A DNA stretch of 64,000 bases from Octopus sinensis (taxonomy: Eukaryota), in the NCBI RefSeq assembly GCF_006345805.1, contig NW_021833421.1:11801-75800 (forward strand), written 5' to 3'. The notes beneath the pieces were generated by a model. The model was given only the letters and a program-made list of their open reading frames with translations, did not search any database and had not been told where the DNA came from. Each line of letters begins with the position of its first letter. Position 1 is the first letter of the stretch. Positions 62,291-64,000 of this stretch are shown here, piece after piece. The position numbers and the translations under genes were made by a program.

Positions 62291-62539
62291 TGTAAGTTCC
62301 CCTTGAGACGTCGACTGCAAAGGCGCCCGCACCAGTGATGAAAAAATAAAAAAAAAAATAAGTAAAAATAAATAAAAACGAAAAAGAAAATAAAAACCCG
62401 AGAAAAAATTAATTCAAACAACTTGAAGAAATATTGTCTTACATAGTGAGGAAAGATGGAGAGATAAATAAATAATAAAAGAAATTAGGAGAGTTATTCT
62501 GCTCTCACTCCTATCGTCTGCTTCTTTGAATCCCTCGCC

Positions 62540-63441
62540 CTCTCTCTCTCTCTTCTCTCTTCTCCCCCCCTCTCTCTCTCTCAGCAGTCTACCATAATTT
62601 GTGTCTCTCTTATCACTCTCTTCTCCCTTTATGATCATCTGTTATTGAGCCAGCCTCTCTCTTTCCCTCTCGTTCCCTCTTTATCTTTCTCTCTCTTTCT
62701 TTCTCTCTCTCTCTCTCTCGTTCCCTCTTTCCCTTTCTCTCTCTTTATATATATATCTATCTTTCTTTCTCTCTCTCTCTCTCTCCTCTCTCTATCTATC
62801 TTCCCTATTCATTCTTTATTTCCATTCTCTGTCTCTCTCGTTCCATCTTTCTCTTTTCACTCTCTCTCTCTCGTTCCCTCTTTCTCTTTCTCCCCCTCTC
62901 TTTCTCTCTCTCTCTTCCCCATTCATTCTTTCTTTCCATCTCTCTCTCTCTCCTCTCCTCCTCGTTCCCTCTCTCTTTCCTCCTCTTCTCTCCCTCTCTC
63001 TCGCCTCTTTCTTTCTCTTTCTCTCTCTTTCTTTCTCTCTCTCTCTCGCTCTCTCGTTTCCTCTTTCTCTTTCTCTCTCTTTCTTTCTCTCTCTCTCTCA
63101 TTCCCTCTTTCTTTCTCTCTCTTTCTCTCTCTTTCTCTCTTCACCATTCATTCTTTCTTTCCATCTCTCTCTCTTTCTCTCTCTTTTTCTCTCTATTTCT
63201 CTCTGTTACATTGTCCCTCGGTTTCCTAATGCCTCATTCTCTTTCTCTTTTCCAACACCTCACTCTCTCTTAGCCCCACTCTTTCCCTCAGACTTCTCTC
63301 TCTTCTACCCTGTTTCTCCCTTATTCTCCTTATAACATCTCTCTTTGTCTATCACGTCTCTACCCTTCTCCCTATATGCTCACTTTCTTCATTTCCTACA
63401 CCCTCTTTCCATCTACCTCCTTACTTCACCCTTTCCACATA

Positions 63442-63486
<45 letters not shown>

Positions 63487-63500
63487 ACCCATGTACACAC
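62540..63500. repeat. Polypyrimidine (CT-rich) low-complexity tract
   Basis: Seen directly; recurrent ctctctcgttccctct and cccattcattct sub-units. Confidence 0.9.
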
Positions 63501-64000
63501 ATATACACACTATTAGAAAAAAAAAGAATTGTAGCTAGCAACCCTTCTCTTTTCCCTCATTCTCCCACCCCATCTCATCTTTTAGTTCCTTTTCTCCCTT
63601 CCATATCTCTCTTCATCACTCTTCACAACTCCTGTCCGGTCTTGTTTCAAATTTCAGGTCAGCCGGATCATCGTTTATTCGTGTCCAATTTTAGTAGAAA
63701 CATTCAAAAACATTTCAATATAATTTTTTTTCTATCATGTGAATTTCCATACTTCAAAAAATCAAAATAAAAAAAAAAATTAAAAAAGAGAAAAAAAAAA
63801 CCTTTTATATATTCCCGCTTTTGTTGACTTACTCTCTTCCACCATTTTATTATTTTTTTTAATCATCTTTCTAATTTCTCTCAGACTTCCTCTCTCCCTC
63901 TCTCTCTCTCTCTTCCTATCCTACGACTCTGACATTCTCTATCTTTCATCCCTCGTCGCCCCTCTCTACTTCATTCCTCTTCCTTCCACTCTCTTTAACT

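Overview
Repeat-saturated, AT-rich animal DNA. The SINE families and microsatellite load match a coleoid cephalopod, most likely Octopus (recognised by pattern, not by database search). No intact protein-coding gene or convincing host exon chain is visible, so the window looks intronic or intergenic. Almost all ORF-track entries are microsatellite translations. Contents: several tRNA-derived SINE families (some as head-to-tail multimers), non-autonomous DNA transposons (piggyBac-like TTAA, Tc1/mariner, Helentron-like, and a GGATC-ended family carrying (CCCTAA)n), and decayed fossils of hAT-Charlie, mariner, Penelope-like RT, R4/Dong, a probable Gypsy and another LINE. The most notable signal is RNA-level. 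Seven copies of a short Penelope-like element each carry a minimal type I hammerhead ribozyme fold with a shared non-canonical core (CUG-U-N-GA-A instead of CUGANGA), and two of them sit in a 558-bp tandem. One hammerhead with an intact core and several degenerate ones from other families also occur, some inside Penelope-style inverted repeats. Coordinates were counted by eye; ends of degenerate elements are approximate. No alignment, folding or database search was run.
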